From Minisyncoccota bacterium (GTDB lineage Bacteria > Patescibacteriota > Minisyncoccia > Phycocordibacterales > Phycocordibacteraceae): DNA of 64,000 bases. The stretch spans positions 24,265-88,264 of the forward strand of contig DASPLI010000001.1 of the NCBI GenBank assembly GCA_035627655.1, in the 5' to 3' direction. The position numbers were made by a program, and so were the translations under genes. Numbering within the stretch: the stretch's first letter is position 1; every line of letters starts with the position of its first letter. This document shows positions 28,253 through 38,900 of this stretch, in pieces. The notes beneath the pieces were generated by a model, which was not told where the DNA came from, did no database searches, and saw only the letters and a list, made by a program, of their open reading frames with translations.

Positions 28253-29685
28253 TGAAGCAACCCTCAGCATTCCTGCTTACCCTCCTCTCTGGACTGGCTG
28301 CCGGAGTCGGCATGCTGGTTGCGCCTCTATGGTTCTGCGCCCCGCTTGGGCTTGGTGTTTGGATAGCGACCCTATGGGAACGCACACACTCGCGGAAGCA
28401 GGCACTCCTTCTTGGCGCGCTCTTTGGCACCGTAACGTCAGGTGCTGGAATCTTGTCTCTTCTTGAAATTATTCCGCCAACTGAAAGCCCATCTCTCCTT
28501 CCCACACTTCTTGCCACGTTCCTGCTTTGGATCATTCCAACTGTTGCACTTGGCATTACCTCTGCGCCTGTTGGAATCGCACTCTACCTAACACGACGAA
28601 ATCTGTTCGCGCCCCTGATCGCTGTTGCGCTCTGGGTGCTAAACGAAGAACTCCGAATGTGGGCCTGGATGCTCATAACCTATGGAACCGGGGCGATCCC
28701 AGAGCCGCACCTCTCTATTGCTGCGCTTGGGTACGCCCTTGCAGACAACGCGTATCTTCTTCAGCTTGCTGAGGGGGGCGGACTCCTCTTCCTTACTATC
28801 GCCACGGCAGTGTTTGCCGCAACGATCGCAAGCGCTGTGCAAGACGGCGCCCGACTTCGATTGACATTCATGGTTTTGGCAACGCTGGTGCTGCTGTGCA
28901 TTCCGCTCACGCAACAACCACTGCAATTTGGAGGAGAGACTGTGCGTATTGCGCTCGTTGCGACACAGACGGACCCGCTCGCTCCCAGCGTCTTCTCATC
29001 TCCAAAACTGAGCGGACCAGCGCCGGACGTGCTGATTCTTCCCGAAGGAAAATCATTAGAAGCCGTCTTGCCGCAGGAATTGCTCTCCAGAACGGCGAGC
29101 GGATCATGGCTTTCTGCTTCAAACGACCTGCTCGTTATCCGCTCAGGCGAATCAGTTGATCCTACCGGCAAACGGCACAACACTGTCTTTTACGAGTCGG
29201 CGGCAGAAGGCGTCCTAGCGACGCAGAACAAGCACTTCATCATGCCGCAGGGTGAATATATGCCGCACCTCTCAAAGTTGTTCCTCTCGTGGCTTCCTGA
29301 CTCCGCACTTATGCGCATTCCTGACGAGAAAGCTATTGTGCACGGAGAGACGTTGATCAGCGTCCCATTTCAAGGTGTGACGTTCGGTACGCTACTGTGC
29401 TCGGAACTCTTCTCTCCCCACCTCTATCGAAAACTATCAGAGCACTACGACGCGACCGTACTCGTCAGTCTCGCTGATCCGATCTGGTTCCAAAGCTCTC
29501 CTATCCTGTTCCGAAAGACCGTACAGGTGGCAAAAGTACATGCCGTGCAGAACCGGGCGTACTTTCTTGCCGCGCAAAACGCAACCCCCTCCTTTGTGAT
29601 TGATCCGACCGGATCTCTCGTTGCACAAAGTGCGTGGTATCAAAACGACGTGCTTTTCTTTGATCTGCCAAAGCAACTGCCCTAA
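28252..29685 (+). CDS. lnt: Apolipoprotein N-acyltransferase-like protein: an N-terminal polytopic membrane domain followed by a C-terminal CN-hydrolase domain.
   Basis: About 6 N-terminal TM helices, then a nitrilase-superfamily domain (RIALVATQTD...LILPEGKS...CSELFSP...). This architecture is typical of Lnt. Confidence 0.6.
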   Translation: MKQPSAFLLTLLSGLAAGVGMLVAPLWFCAPLGLGVWIATLWERTHSRKQALLLGALFGTVTSGAGILSLLEIIPPTESPSLLPTLLATFLLWIIPTVALGITSAPVGIALYLTRRNLFAPLIAVALWVLNEELRMWAWMLITYGTGAIPEPHLSIAALGYALADNAYLLQLAEGGGLLFLTIATAVFAATIASAVQDGARLRLTFMVLATLVLLCIPLTQQPLQFGGETVRIALVATQTDPLAPSVFSSPKLSGPAPDVLILPEGKSLEAVLPQELLSRTASGSWLSASNDLLVIRSGESVDPTGKRHNTVFYESAAEGVLATQNKHFIMPQGEYMPHLSKLFLSWLPDSALMRIPDEKAIVHGETLISVPFQGVTFGTLLCSELFSPHLYRKLSEHYDATVLVSLADPIWFQSSPILFRKTVQVAKVHAVQNRAYFLAAQNATPSFVIDPTGSLVAQSAWYQNDVLFFDLPKQLP

Positions 29686-30896
29686 CGGCTGCAGAACCCT
29701 GCAAAGAAACTGCTGAACGCGGCTTCGGAGCCCCACTGCGTGCCTTCAGGAGAATACGCGCGGACCCGAAACAGCATCCCCGGCGATCCGTCTTCATGTC
29801 TCGTGTGACGATACTCCCACGCAACGTTTCCTTCTGGAGTAACTTCCCTGACCACACCTGACGTTGAGAGTGTAATCAGCGTATTGCCGTTTGGGAGTCG
29901 TTGCGCCCCGCCCATAATGCTTGAAGCGAATTGCGCCTTGCCGGTAAGCGTTGTGCCGCCGTCATACCCCCACACACGCGCGCCGTTCGGAAGAGCAACC
30001 TCAACCACCTGACTGAAGAGGCCGGAGACATTCTTGCGGGCAAATCCATTGTCAAACACGAGAAGGTGTCCATTTTCGAGCAGCGTTGCATCATGCTGGA
30101 ACGAATAGAGTCCCTCGGGAGATTCCCACAGCAATTCTCCGCTTGCCGCATCAATAAGGAGAACAGTACTCAGATGGCGCACACTTACAAGGAACGCAGG
30201 AGTGTGCGTAAGCGGGTTGTGCTCTATATACCGAATGGAGTTCGCATGCGAGAAGTCCTGGCGGGGTGCAAATGCAGTGGCGAGTCGAGATGGTGAAATA
30301 TGATCGGACATGTGCCACGACCACACCTCTTCGTTGTCGGGCGTCACTATCACAATCTCATTAGTCCATACCGACTGCGCAGGAGTCGGAAATCCGCCTT
30401 GCACTCCTTGCGCAAACCAGCTGGGGGTTTCATCCCACCGAAGATATGCGATGGAGCCATCCGGCAAGACGTCAAAATCTATAGTCATTTCTGGATCTCT
30501 ATGTTCGAACAACACCCTCCCTTCCCAGGACAGCCGCTGAATGATACCGGTCGTGCCAAACCCCGGCATCTGCCCATGATTGAGCGGCGGAGTCATCGAA
30601 ACGTACAAGGTACCGTCTTCCTTAAGGTCAGCAACTAAGACCGGTGCCTCCGTCTTCCACGTATGTACGGTCTCGCCGTCCCTATTTATAAGCTGCACGC
30701 TGCCGGAAACGGATTTCGTAGGATCCGCCTCAATACGGTATGGCGCAATAAGCACATACCCATCATCAGTTTCAGATGTTTCGACGGTAACAACACCCAT
30801 CTTTGGAGTGCTGCAACCGTACTGCACGAGGAGAAGCAGCCCAATACCCAGGACAACGACAGCAGCAACATTCGTCCGACTCATGCGTGCCATCAT
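29682..30896 (-). CDS. Secreted or lipoprotein beta-propeller protein, arylsulfotransferase (ASST)-like.
   Basis: Signal peptide ending LLLLVQYGCS. The rest is repetitive beta-propeller-like sequence (ENGHLLVFDNG, LPNGNTLI) with conserved His. The family assignment is tentative. Confidence 0.4.
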   Translation of the reverse strand: MMARMSRTNVAAVVVLGIGLLLLVQYGCSTPKMGVVTVETSETDDGYVLIAPYRIEADPTKSVSGSVQLINRDGETVHTWKTEAPVLVADLKEDGTLYVSMTPPLNHGQMPGFGTTGIIQRLSWEGRVLFEHRDPEMTIDFDVLPDGSIAYLRWDETPSWFAQGVQGGFPTPAQSVWTNEIVIVTPDNEEVWSWHMSDHISPSRLATAFAPRQDFSHANSIRYIEHNPLTHTPAFLVSVRHLSTVLLIDAASGELLWESPEGLYSFQHDATLLENGHLLVFDNGFARKNVSGLFSQVVEVALPNGARVWGYDGGTTLTGKAQFASSIMGGAQRLPNGNTLITLSTSGVVREVTPEGNVAWEYRHTRHEDGSPGMLFRVRAYSPEGTQWGSEAAFSSFFAGFCSR

Positions 30897-30899
30897 ACC

Positions 30900-31688
30900 C
30901 TAGAGAGGACAGGCATGAGTGGTTTGCACGAGCGTCCACACGGCAAGCGCCGTTGTATGCGGGTTTGAAATGGTCGCTCCGGGCGAAGCGCCCCAGCCGC
31001 CATCTTCGTTTTGATTGCGCATGATTGTATCAATCCAGTCATGCGTTACGTAACTGCCATGACCTCCCCAGAGTAAGAAAGCGGCTCGTTCGACGGCTAA
31101 GTCGCTAAAAGTAAACGACTCAGCTCGTGCGGCTTCGTAGAGAGATCGTGCTGCTTCTGTTCGAAGTTCGCGCGCTTTCCAATGTTTCTCTCCGGCCAGG
31201 CACTGAAGTCCTTCAAGATAACTAAGTCCTAAGTAGCGGTGCGTAAGGTCGTATCCCGTACCCTGATCTTCAGCCAACAATTCCTGCTCAACACCGACTG
31301 GAAGAGAGCGTATTTTACATGCGAGCGCAGACAGCAGCCAGCGGTCATATGCTTCCATCTTGCCTTCAAAGACGCGGAAGTTATTGCTGTCTGAAAATCC
31401 GAGGAAATAGGCTTGTTCAACAGGCGTCGGCGAAGATGACACAAACCGGTCAGTAAGTTCCTGACTGAATGCTTCCGATTTGCAATACCGCTCGTTGATA
31501 TCGGTGAGCACCCAGAGCACACCCGGATTTCCGTAGGTGCCAGAGTAGGAACGCAGCCACATCATGCCCTGCTGAGCTGAGGTTTTCATGCGATCAGTCT
31601 GATCTGAAAGAACTGCAAACCATCCAACGAACGCGACAACAATTACTAGCACCATTACAGAGCGAACAATGACCAATGAGTGCGCCAT
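30900..31688 (-). CDS. Membrane-anchored protein with prenyltransferase/terpene-cyclase-like alpha/alpha-toroid repeats.
   Basis: N-terminal TM helix (SVMVLVIVVAFVGWFAVL). NEDGGWGAS and related repeats are typical of the prenyltransferase/squalene-cyclase repeat superfamily. Confidence 0.4.
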   Translation of the reverse strand: MAHSLVIVRSVMVLVIVVAFVGWFAVLSDQTDRMKTSAQQGMMWLRSYSGTYGNPGVLWVLTDINERYCKSEAFSQELTDRFVSSSPTPVEQAYFLGFSDSNNFRVFEGKMEAYDRWLLSALACKIRSLPVGVEQELLAEDQGTGYDLTHRYLGLSYLEGLQCLAGEKHWKARELRTEAARSLYEAARAESFTFSDLAVERAAFLLWGGHGSYVTHDWIDTIMRNQNEDGGWGASPGATISNPHTTALAVWTLVQTTHACPL

Positions 31689-33871
31689 TAGAAATCGAAG
31701 AATTGCCAGAACGCAAATGGTGCGGTGTATGTTACGGAAAGGTACGGATCTTGAGAGGTACCGCTTACTTCAGAAGTAGAAAAATGCACATAACCTCGAG
31801 AGTTGTTGGCTATAGTGTTGTCCGTCGTGTCGTGTCCTTCGCGAAGCGCGAAGCAGGTTGTTCCCTTTGAACTATTCGCATACTGAACGACAATCACGCC
31901 CGACCCTCCAACCTGTCCAAGACCTCCCTGAGTAGCGCCGTTGTTAGTACCACCACCGCCGCCGCTACCACCGCCATACCCCGAAACAGCGCCGCTACCG
32001 CCGTGTATAAGATTCGACCCCGTGGAGTGTCCGCCACCACCACTACCACCAGCGGGGCCAAGACTGCCCCAAAGCGAGTATGCTGTAGTGCCTCCGGCAG
32101 AAAGGGCACTGCTAGTGTGGCCGCCACCACCACCGCCACCACCGCCTTGTGATCCTGTACCAGCAAGGGTCGATCCGACTCCAGCAGAACCACCACCAGC
32201 TCCAAGATGGTTATTACCACCAGCACCGCCGGTACTTGCTGACGTTCCCTGTGATCCAGCCGATCCACCGTTTGCACCACCGCCACCACCGCCGCCGCGT
32301 GGCGATACTGTTCCGCCAGCACCACCGACTGCCCCATCACCATTGGGCCCTCCAGAACCGCCGCCGCCGCCGCCAGCGCCAGCATTTCTATTCCCGCCAT
32401 TACCGCCCGAATACTTTACGGTTCCTACGCCGCTTGCTGCCGCGCCGCCGGCACCACCACCACCAAGCGCTGTCCCAGAGCCCGGATCAGTTCCGCCGGC
32501 GCCCCCCTTTGCTCCAACAACCACTGCGCTATCTGAGATAGATGAACAATTTGAGGTTGAGTTGCAGAGATACGTATCTCCTCCAGAAGTCCCGTCGCCT
32601 GTGCCGCGAACTCCAACGCTTATCGTTACCGTCTGACCCGGGGGGAGACTAACGTTCGTTACTTTCGAGTATCCTCCACCACCACCACCGCCGCCGCCGC
32701 AGTTGGCAGCGCTAACGCAACCCGACTTACCACTACCGCCGCCACCTATAACCTCAATACTGTTATTCGATGCGTCCCAGTCATACGGAACCTGCCAGGT
32801 CGTTGTGGTTGTTGAGTCGAGAATGATGTACTGCGCAGTACCACACGCGCTCGCTTCACCATTTTTTTTGATCCATCCCCGACCCGTGCTGTTGAGAGTA
32901 AAAGTCAGATAGGAACCGATGGACACTGAGGAGAGGTCTTTGCGCTGCCCCGCGTCAATGCCTTCTGTCGGGTTGTCGGCGGTGTTCCCTGCGCGCCCGT
33001 AGTCTGCATCAACGAGCGAGTACTCATCAGCTTGCGTACTCTGTACAACCGTTATGTAGTCAACGCCGTCGTTATCCGTGCTTGTGGCCGTCGATGTAGC
33101 ATATACGTTCAACGACGCGGCAGATATGTTGGCACCATAGGGCAAGAAAGAAGTGTCGAACGGCAAAAATGAACGGTAGATGTAATACCCTCCGGCCTTA
33201 AAATCAAACTTTCCTGTATTTACATAGTGTTCAGAACCAACCTGCATGCTTGTAGTGGTATACGTGGTAAAACCGCCGAACGTGGCTCCCGATGGAGTGC
33301 TAGTACCTTGCACATTTGCCCACGTTGTTGCGTCATATGCAAAGATTGATCCATCCCCTGGCGATACATATTGGGTTTGAGAAACAGCGTGTGCAATATT
33401 TGCAAATAGGCGAGAAAAGAGTGGGAGCCTGCCTGCTTCCTCAAATGCTTCAACTGAGGCCGTACCGTATTCAAGGTAGTGCCACGCATTCCCATGCTGC
33501 ACAAACTGCGGCTGCGTATAAACAATGGATTCATATATTGCCCGCCCGTCGGCCGCCGTCCCGGCCTGTTTCGTCCATGAGGTGGGTTTTCGAAGTGCGG
33601 TAACTTCGTCCTCTGCAAGCTTCTCAGGAAGCGGTTCTCCAAGGTAGGTATACAAAACAACCTGCTCGCCTCCTTGGGCCTGAACTGAGTGCGCAAGAAT
33701 GGTACGGGAACGAAGCGTGTTTATTTCCTGCTGCCGAGCCATGCGAGAAAGCTCCGTATTCGAAGGAGTATCGGTTACGACGAGTCCTGCGCTAAAGACA
33801 GCGGCGAGGGCAAGCAGGGCAAGCGCTCCTGTAACTACAAGGTCTCTTATCGGGAGATTATTGATCTTCAT
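31688..33871 (-). CDS. Large glycine-rich surface protein with a ~350 aa poly-Gly/(GGX)n region.
   Basis: Signal/TM TGALALLALAAVFSAGLVV. The N-terminal ~350 aa form a globular region. Then a (GGX)n region ~350 aa long with runs of up to 9 Gly (GGGGGGGGGYS; GGAGGAAASG; PRGGGGGGGANGG). The C-terminal ~60 aa are aromatic. The start is taken at MKINNLPI. The Pro-rich ORF on the opposite strand is a shadow. Confidence 0.55.
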   Translation of the reverse strand: MKINNLPIRDLVVTGALALLALAAVFSAGLVVTDTPSNTELSRMARQQEINTLRSRTILAHSVQAQGGEQVVLYTYLGEPLPEKLAEDEVTALRKPTSWTKQAGTAADGRAIYESIVYTQPQFVQHGNAWHYLEYGTASVEAFEEAGRLPLFSRLFANIAHAVSQTQYVSPGDGSIFAYDATTWANVQGTSTPSGATFGGFTTYTTTSMQVGSEHYVNTGKFDFKAGGYYIYRSFLPFDTSFLPYGANISAASLNVYATSTATSTDNDGVDYITVVQSTQADEYSLVDADYGRAGNTADNPTEGIDAGQRKDLSSVSIGSYLTFTLNSTGRGWIKKNGEASACGTAQYIILDSTTTTTWQVPYDWDASNNSIEVIGGGGSGKSGCVSAANCGGGGGGGGGYSKVTNVSLPPGQTVTISVGVRGTGDGTSGGDTYLCNSTSNCSSISDSAVVVGAKGGAGGTDPGSGTALGGGGAGGAAASGVGTVKYSGGNGGNRNAGAGGGGGGSGGPNGDGAVGGAGGTVSPRGGGGGGGANGGSAGSQGTSASTGGAGGNNHLGAGGGSAGVGSTLAGTGSQGGGGGGGGGHTSSALSAGGTTAYSLWGSLGPAGGSGGGGHSTGSNLIHGGSGAVSGYGGGSGGGGGTNNGATQGGLGQVGGSGVIVVQYANSSKGTTCFALREGHDTTDNTIANNSRGYVHFSTSEVSGTSQDPYLSVTYTAPFAFWQFFDF

Positions 33872-33954
33872 GCGCTGTAGCTGCTTCAGTATAACGTACG
33901 GGTAAGAAACGAGTGTGGAGAATGCTTGGTGGGCGCATATTATAATGCGGCGCA

Positions 33955-34956
33955 ATGGCTTCTACCCTCCCGCGATCGGTCCGTGACTGGATCGTTATTG
34001 CGCTTGCGGTCCTAGTGATCACCTTCACGACAGGACTCCTTATTCAACAGAAAAAGCCGCTGCTACTACTCAGTCTTGAAACTGCGCCAGTCAAAGAACT
34101 TGACGCGCACCGCCACCACATTGATGACGCGGTTGGCGACCACGGGCACGGCGTTATGGTCTATTCCGACGAAGTAATCACGACCGAAGACCTGTGGGTG
34201 CGCGGGGTGCAGGCGGACGTTATCAACGCGCCGCGTGTCGTTCTCCACCACCTCACGATATCTATTACCCCTCCTGTAGCACCCGATACGTCCGCACCTG
34301 CCGGAGAGCAGTTTCTGGGTGCGCGAAGAATACTCCGCTCAGGACAAGATGTGGCGGGTACTGTTCTCCTTCCAAAACCGTATGCGAGTTTTGTTCCGAA
34401 AGGTTCTCGCATTAGCATCAGTGCCATGCTCCACAACCCCCTCCCACCAAAAGGACCGGGCGGACAATACAGCAACGTCTTTCTGCGTGTTGGGTTTCTC
34501 GGACTCGATTTCCCTGCTAAGCAGGCGGTGCAAAGCTCGTCTGTCTCGCTTATGCTCGTAGATAAAGATAGCGCAACTGGCGATACGTTTACCGTACCGC
34601 CCCATATCACAGAATATGTGCGCGCAAGCTCAGACCCAAATGATATCGGCCGCTCGACCTTCCGCTTTCCAACCTCTGGGACTTTGGTTGGCCTTGGCGG
34701 TCATATTCACGCGTGGGAAGGCGGAGACCGCCTTGAGGTCGAACTCAATGGCAAACGTATCCACTCATTTATTCCTCGTCTTGAAGACGAAGGACCATGG
34801 GATTGGCACACTGACTATCAACCAATGCTGCTGAGAGTAGCTGCTGGAGATGTGCTCACCATTTCCGCTATTTATTCCAATCCTTCAGACAAAGCGGAGC
34901 GAGGAGCTATGGGTATTGTGCTTGCAAACTTTGCTCCTGATTCCGAATCTCGATAG
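33955..34956 (+). CDS. Hypothetical membrane-anchored protein of 333 aa.
   Basis: N-terminal TM helix (WIVIALAVLVITFTTGLLI). A His-rich segment (HRHHIDDAVGDHGHG). No recognised family. A TATAAT box lies 8 nt upstream of the ATG, so the mRNA may be leaderless. Confidence 0.45.
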   Translation: MASTLPRSVRDWIVIALAVLVITFTTGLLIQQKKPLLLLSLETAPVKELDAHRHHIDDAVGDHGHGVMVYSDEVITTEDLWVRGVQADVINAPRVVLHHLTISITPPVAPDTSAPAGEQFLGARRILRSGQDVAGTVLLPKPYASFVPKGSRISISAMLHNPLPPKGPGGQYSNVFLRVGFLGLDFPAKQAVQSSSVSLMLVDKDSATGDTFTVPPHITEYVRASSDPNDIGRSTFRFPTSGTLVGLGGHIHAWEGGDRLEVELNGKRIHSFIPRLEDEGPWDWHTDYQPMLLRVAAGDVLTISAIYSNPSDKAERGAMGIVLANFAPDSESR

Positions 34957-34959
34957 GAA

Positions 34960-35946
34960 TTATGGGGTTGTGGGTTCTGGCGCCGGTTCGGGAGTGGGTT
35001 CCGGCTCTGGCGTAGGCTCTGGCTCTGGGGACGGTTCTGGCGCTGGCTCAGGAACGGGTTCTGGGGTTGGTTCTGGAGTAGGTTCTGGCTCAGGAGCTGG
35101 ATCTGGCGCTGGCTCAGGGTTTGGTACGGGCTCGGGCTCCGGTTCAGGGGTTGGTTCTGGGTCTGGGGTGGGCTCTGGATCTGGATTCGGGTCTTCTGGC
35201 CGCCAATCGCATACTCGCGAATCTATTTGAAGTCCAGGAAGATCCGGGCATACGTCGACATACGGCCATGCAGGCGGCAGCGGAGGAGGTTCTGCTCCAG
35301 CAACCATCGCGTTTGTTTGCTCGATGATGGCATTCTCATCATAGGTCTCCATCGTGACCGGCACCTCAAGCGCAAGCGGATCGTACGGAATCTCGAGACC
35401 ATCGATCACGGGACGGTACGCTGGAAATTCCTCGCTGTCGGCATCAAGGAATTTACCAATAAGACCCGAGTACTCGGTTGCTATTACTTTCTTTGAAACA
35501 CCTTGCATCCGCTCAATATCTTGAGTGGCGGTGAGGCGCTCTTTCTCACGATCACGTATTTGAGCGAGTTCTTGCTCTACATACAGCCCTAGATCCCTTC
35601 CCCGAAGAACCGCTTTGGATACGGTAAGCGTTCCGGTCTTCTCTACGTCTTGCCACACGTAATCAACGATATCTATCGTATAGACCTGGTAGGCAACGTA
35701 GTAGGATTCGTCGTCCTCTGTCACTGACGTGACTGCTACTGCAAACGGAAACGATTCCAAATTTACGTTGACGATATAGGAGTTGTCGACGGTTCGAACA
35801 AACTCAGCTTGCGAATAAACCGCCTGCTGGACTGCTGGATTGGTTGCTGCTGCCGCAGAGCTTGTGCCAAGCAGAATGAGACTGATCACAATAGGAACTG
35901 TGTTGTTGTATTTGACGAAGTTCTTTATGTTCTCTTCTCGTTCCAT
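34960..35946 (-). CDS. Secreted protein with a C-terminal (PEPxPx)n low-complexity tail, encoded immediately downstream of the giant gene.
   Basis: Signal peptide ([16 protein letters not shown]). About 200 aa of globular domain. Then a [79 protein letters not shown] tail. Confidence 0.55.
   Translation of the reverse strand: MEREENIKNFVKYNNTVPIVISLILLGTSSAAAATNPAVQQAVYSQAEFVRTVDNSYIVNVNLESFPFAVAVTSVTEDDESYYVAYQVYTIDIVDYVWQDVEKTGTLTVSKAVLRGRDLGLYVEQELAQIRDREKERLTATQDIERMQGVSKKVIATEYSGLIGKFLDADSEEFPAYRPVIDGLEIPYDPLALEVPVTMETYDENAIIEQTNAMVAGAEPPPLPPAWPYVDVCPDLPGLQIDSRVCDWRPEDPNPDPEPTPDPEPTPEPEPEPVPNPEPAPDPAPEPEPTPEPTPEPVPEPAPEPSPEPEPTPEPEPTPEPAPEPTTP
34975..35215. repeat. Hexanucleotide-periodic coding repeat (GGN TCN / CCN GAN) that encodes the PEP tail.
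   Basis: ggttctggc / ggctctggg units repeat. On the plus strand they read as the shadow ORF 34850..35230, [13 protein letters not shown]... Confidence 0.6.
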
Positions 35947-35964
35947 AAGCGAAAGTATAGCTGA

Positions 35965-38900
35965 TTAGAAGTTTGCCGTCTGGGCACCAAAGATCTTCAG
36001 GGTCGACGTCGCCTGCGTTGCCACAAAGCTCCAGATATCGCACTTATTCGCGGTGGTCGTCTGCGTCGGAGCCGTACCGCCCGGCCAGAGAATCTGTGTG
36101 CTCCAGGAGATAGCACCCGCGGTTGCGCCCGGGTTACAGACGGTCAACACGAGCTTCTGGCCTTGGATATAGCCCGAGAAGCTGATCGTCGTTGCAGAGG
36201 TGCCAAGACGCACCAACTGCTGGTTACCGTTACGCCAGTCGATGGTCATTGATGTTGAGGTCGCCAGCGTGTTTTCTGCCGCGACAATTGCGCTTCCAGA
36301 CGCAACCGAAAGGCCCGCCCACGGCGTTGACGTTCCAACGCCAATGGCAGTATCCGCAATGATGTTACCGACGCCCGCAGGAGTGCCGGAACAACCCCCA
36401 GAACAGACCCAGAGGTTTTCATTCCCGAGAATGACGTCATTACCTGAAGGATCTAGGTTGAAGTCGCCATTCGTGTCGGTTAGGAACTGTGTGTACCGGG
36501 TTCCGTCGTATGCGATCGCCACTTGAGCAGTTGAGACAGCGTCCGTAAGTGAGAGTTTCCGAGATGGTGTTGATGTGCTGAGGCCAAGACCGACGTTTGT
36601 AAGTGACATGTACTCCGTACCACCAGACGCAGAGGTGCCGCCAATGCGCCATCGGTACTGTCCACCAGACCAATTAGTGAGTGATCCGCTTTCAATACCA
36701 ACGCCGTATGAGTTAGAGAAGAGGTAGATCTTATCTGCAACCTCATCGGCAAAGTCGAGCTGGATGCCAGCGCCAAGGGTAAGATCACCGCCAGATGCGA
36801 CTGAGAGCGTTGCACCTGAAGCTCCAATTTGGAGCGTACCGTCCATACGAACAATCCCGCCACCTGTATAAATACCGCTCGTAAAGGCGCCTGTTGGATT
36901 GAGGCGTAGCCAGCTGTCGTCGTACTGGATAACTGTCTTTGCATCGCCGTAATAATAGGTACCACTTGCATAGATATCACTTGAGGCCTGGATGGTTCCT
37001 GTTGTTGTGTTGAGCATACCAACACCCAGACCACCCGTAAGGTAACCGCTACCACCAACCGAGAGCAAAGTTGCAGGGCTGGTAGTACCGATACCGACGC
37101 TTCCAGACGTGTTTATGGTAAGGAATGGGTTGCTGCCAATCGTTGTTCCGTCTCCGATCTGGAAGAGGTCGTCGTCATCGCCATCATTTTCTGTAACTAG
37201 ACCAAGCCAGTAGTCCGTATCTGCACGGGCTCCAAGAATGTCCGCGAGAATGATGCCAAAGTCACCTCCAAGTGAATTGGCTATTTCGAGACTGCCGTCA
37301 GTGATTTGCACTTTTGCTTCTGGAGTTGTGGTACCAATGCCAATGTTTCCGCTCGTCGCCATAAAGAGGCTTGATGTCGCTGTCAGCGTTGTGCCGTTTG
37401 CGGCATAGTACGGGAATTGACCGGTCGTACCCGAGCCGACCGTACCCGAGCCACTACCTCCCCCTACGCACGTGCCGCCAATTGCGAAACAGCCCGCCGC
37501 CAAGTTGATACCGCCCGTGCTGTAGAACGTTGTCGTGGCAGTAGTGAAGTTCGCGATACCATTGAGAGAAAGCAGGGACCCTGGAGTGGTGGTTCCTATA
37601 CCAAGATAGCCGTTTGGATCAAGCACCATCCGGGCAGCCCACGTTGCTCCCGAAGCAATGCCAAAGCGAATACCGCCGCCGTTCCCCAGTCCGTTTGTGT
37701 TTGGGTTAAAGCCCGATACGATATCCAACGAGTCATTTGACGAGCTGTATGCGATCCACGGACCGTGATTGGTGGTGGAGGTGTACTGCTCAAAGACAAG
37801 TCGGTTCTGGCCCTCAATCATCACATAACCATTCACGTCGAGTTTCGTGCTTGGGGTCGTGGTACCAATACCGACGTTTCCTCCCGTAGTAGCAAGGTAG
37901 GTACTTTCAGTGGTTGTCAGCTGTGTCGTTGAAGCGTTTCCGGTAACGGTGAGGAGTGAGCCATCAAAGGTAAGATTTGCTTCCGCGCTAAGAGCACTCG
38001 TTCCGTTACCAGTAAGAATCCGGTTATCGGTAAAGGAGGCTGCTCCTGTACCCCCGCCTGCAACGGTAAGTGTTCCAGAGAGCGACGGCGTAAACGTGAG
38101 TGTGTCACCAGAACCGGCAATAGTAATTGCGGTCGTGAGGCCGTTGAACGAGCCGGTCGAAGTCGCGAAGGTTACGGTCGGTCCGTCAGCAGTCTGCCCC
38201 GTCGGGCCGATTGCCGTGACAGCGTTCGTCAACAACCCAAGCGATGAGGTTGCAATGTCCGCCCATGCTGAGCCGTTCCAATACAAGAGATCGCCGTAAT
38301 TTTCCGTCATTGCCGCAACATCTGATAGATCCTCTATCGAGTTGTTTGTGAGGTCGTCGTCAGCGAGCGCGCCATCATTATTCGTAAAGACATTAGTGAC
38401 ATCCGTTAGCAGTGCCTCCAGTTCGCTCTCAGTATCAGTTTCTGCCTCAAGCAAGAACGTCGAAGAAGCGGTCCAGGTCGGCACACCATTGAGGAGCGCG
38501 AGTATATTCCCTGCCGTGCCAGCAGAGGTTGTCGCAAGCGCGCTAGAGCCATTTCCATATAGGAGAGCGCCTGACTGCACCGCTGCCCATCCGGTACCGC
38601 CGTTCCCTACCGGCAAGATGCCGGTAACTTCGCTTGCCAGATCTACTGCGATTCCGAGAGTTGTGGTGAGAGTTGAACCGGAGAGCGCGAGTCCAGTACC
38701 GACTAGATCGGTAAAGTAGTCGTCGCCGATCGAGAAATTCATGATCGACGCATTCGGGAGGGTCGAGGTCGCCGCCATCGAGGTGGCTGTGAAGTATTCG
38801 GCGACAGCCTGCCCTACTACCGAAAGCGGTGCGTAGGGACTTGTGGTGCCGATGCCGACGTTACCCGAAAAGTAGCCGAGGCCGCTCGCGTAAAGCTGGA

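Noticed and set aside
31941-32636. Pro-rich ORF of 231 aa on the plus strand (along with 31894..32400, 32149..32541 and 32425..32616).
   Set aside because: These are complementary-strand artefacts of the (GGN)n region of the Gly-rich protein gene. Poly-Pro is the reverse-complement reading of poly-Gly.
34850-35230. (GSG)n ORF on the plus strand.
   Set aside because: It is the shadow of the PEP-repeat tail encoded on the minus strand. The minus-strand ORF has a signal peptide and a globular domain.
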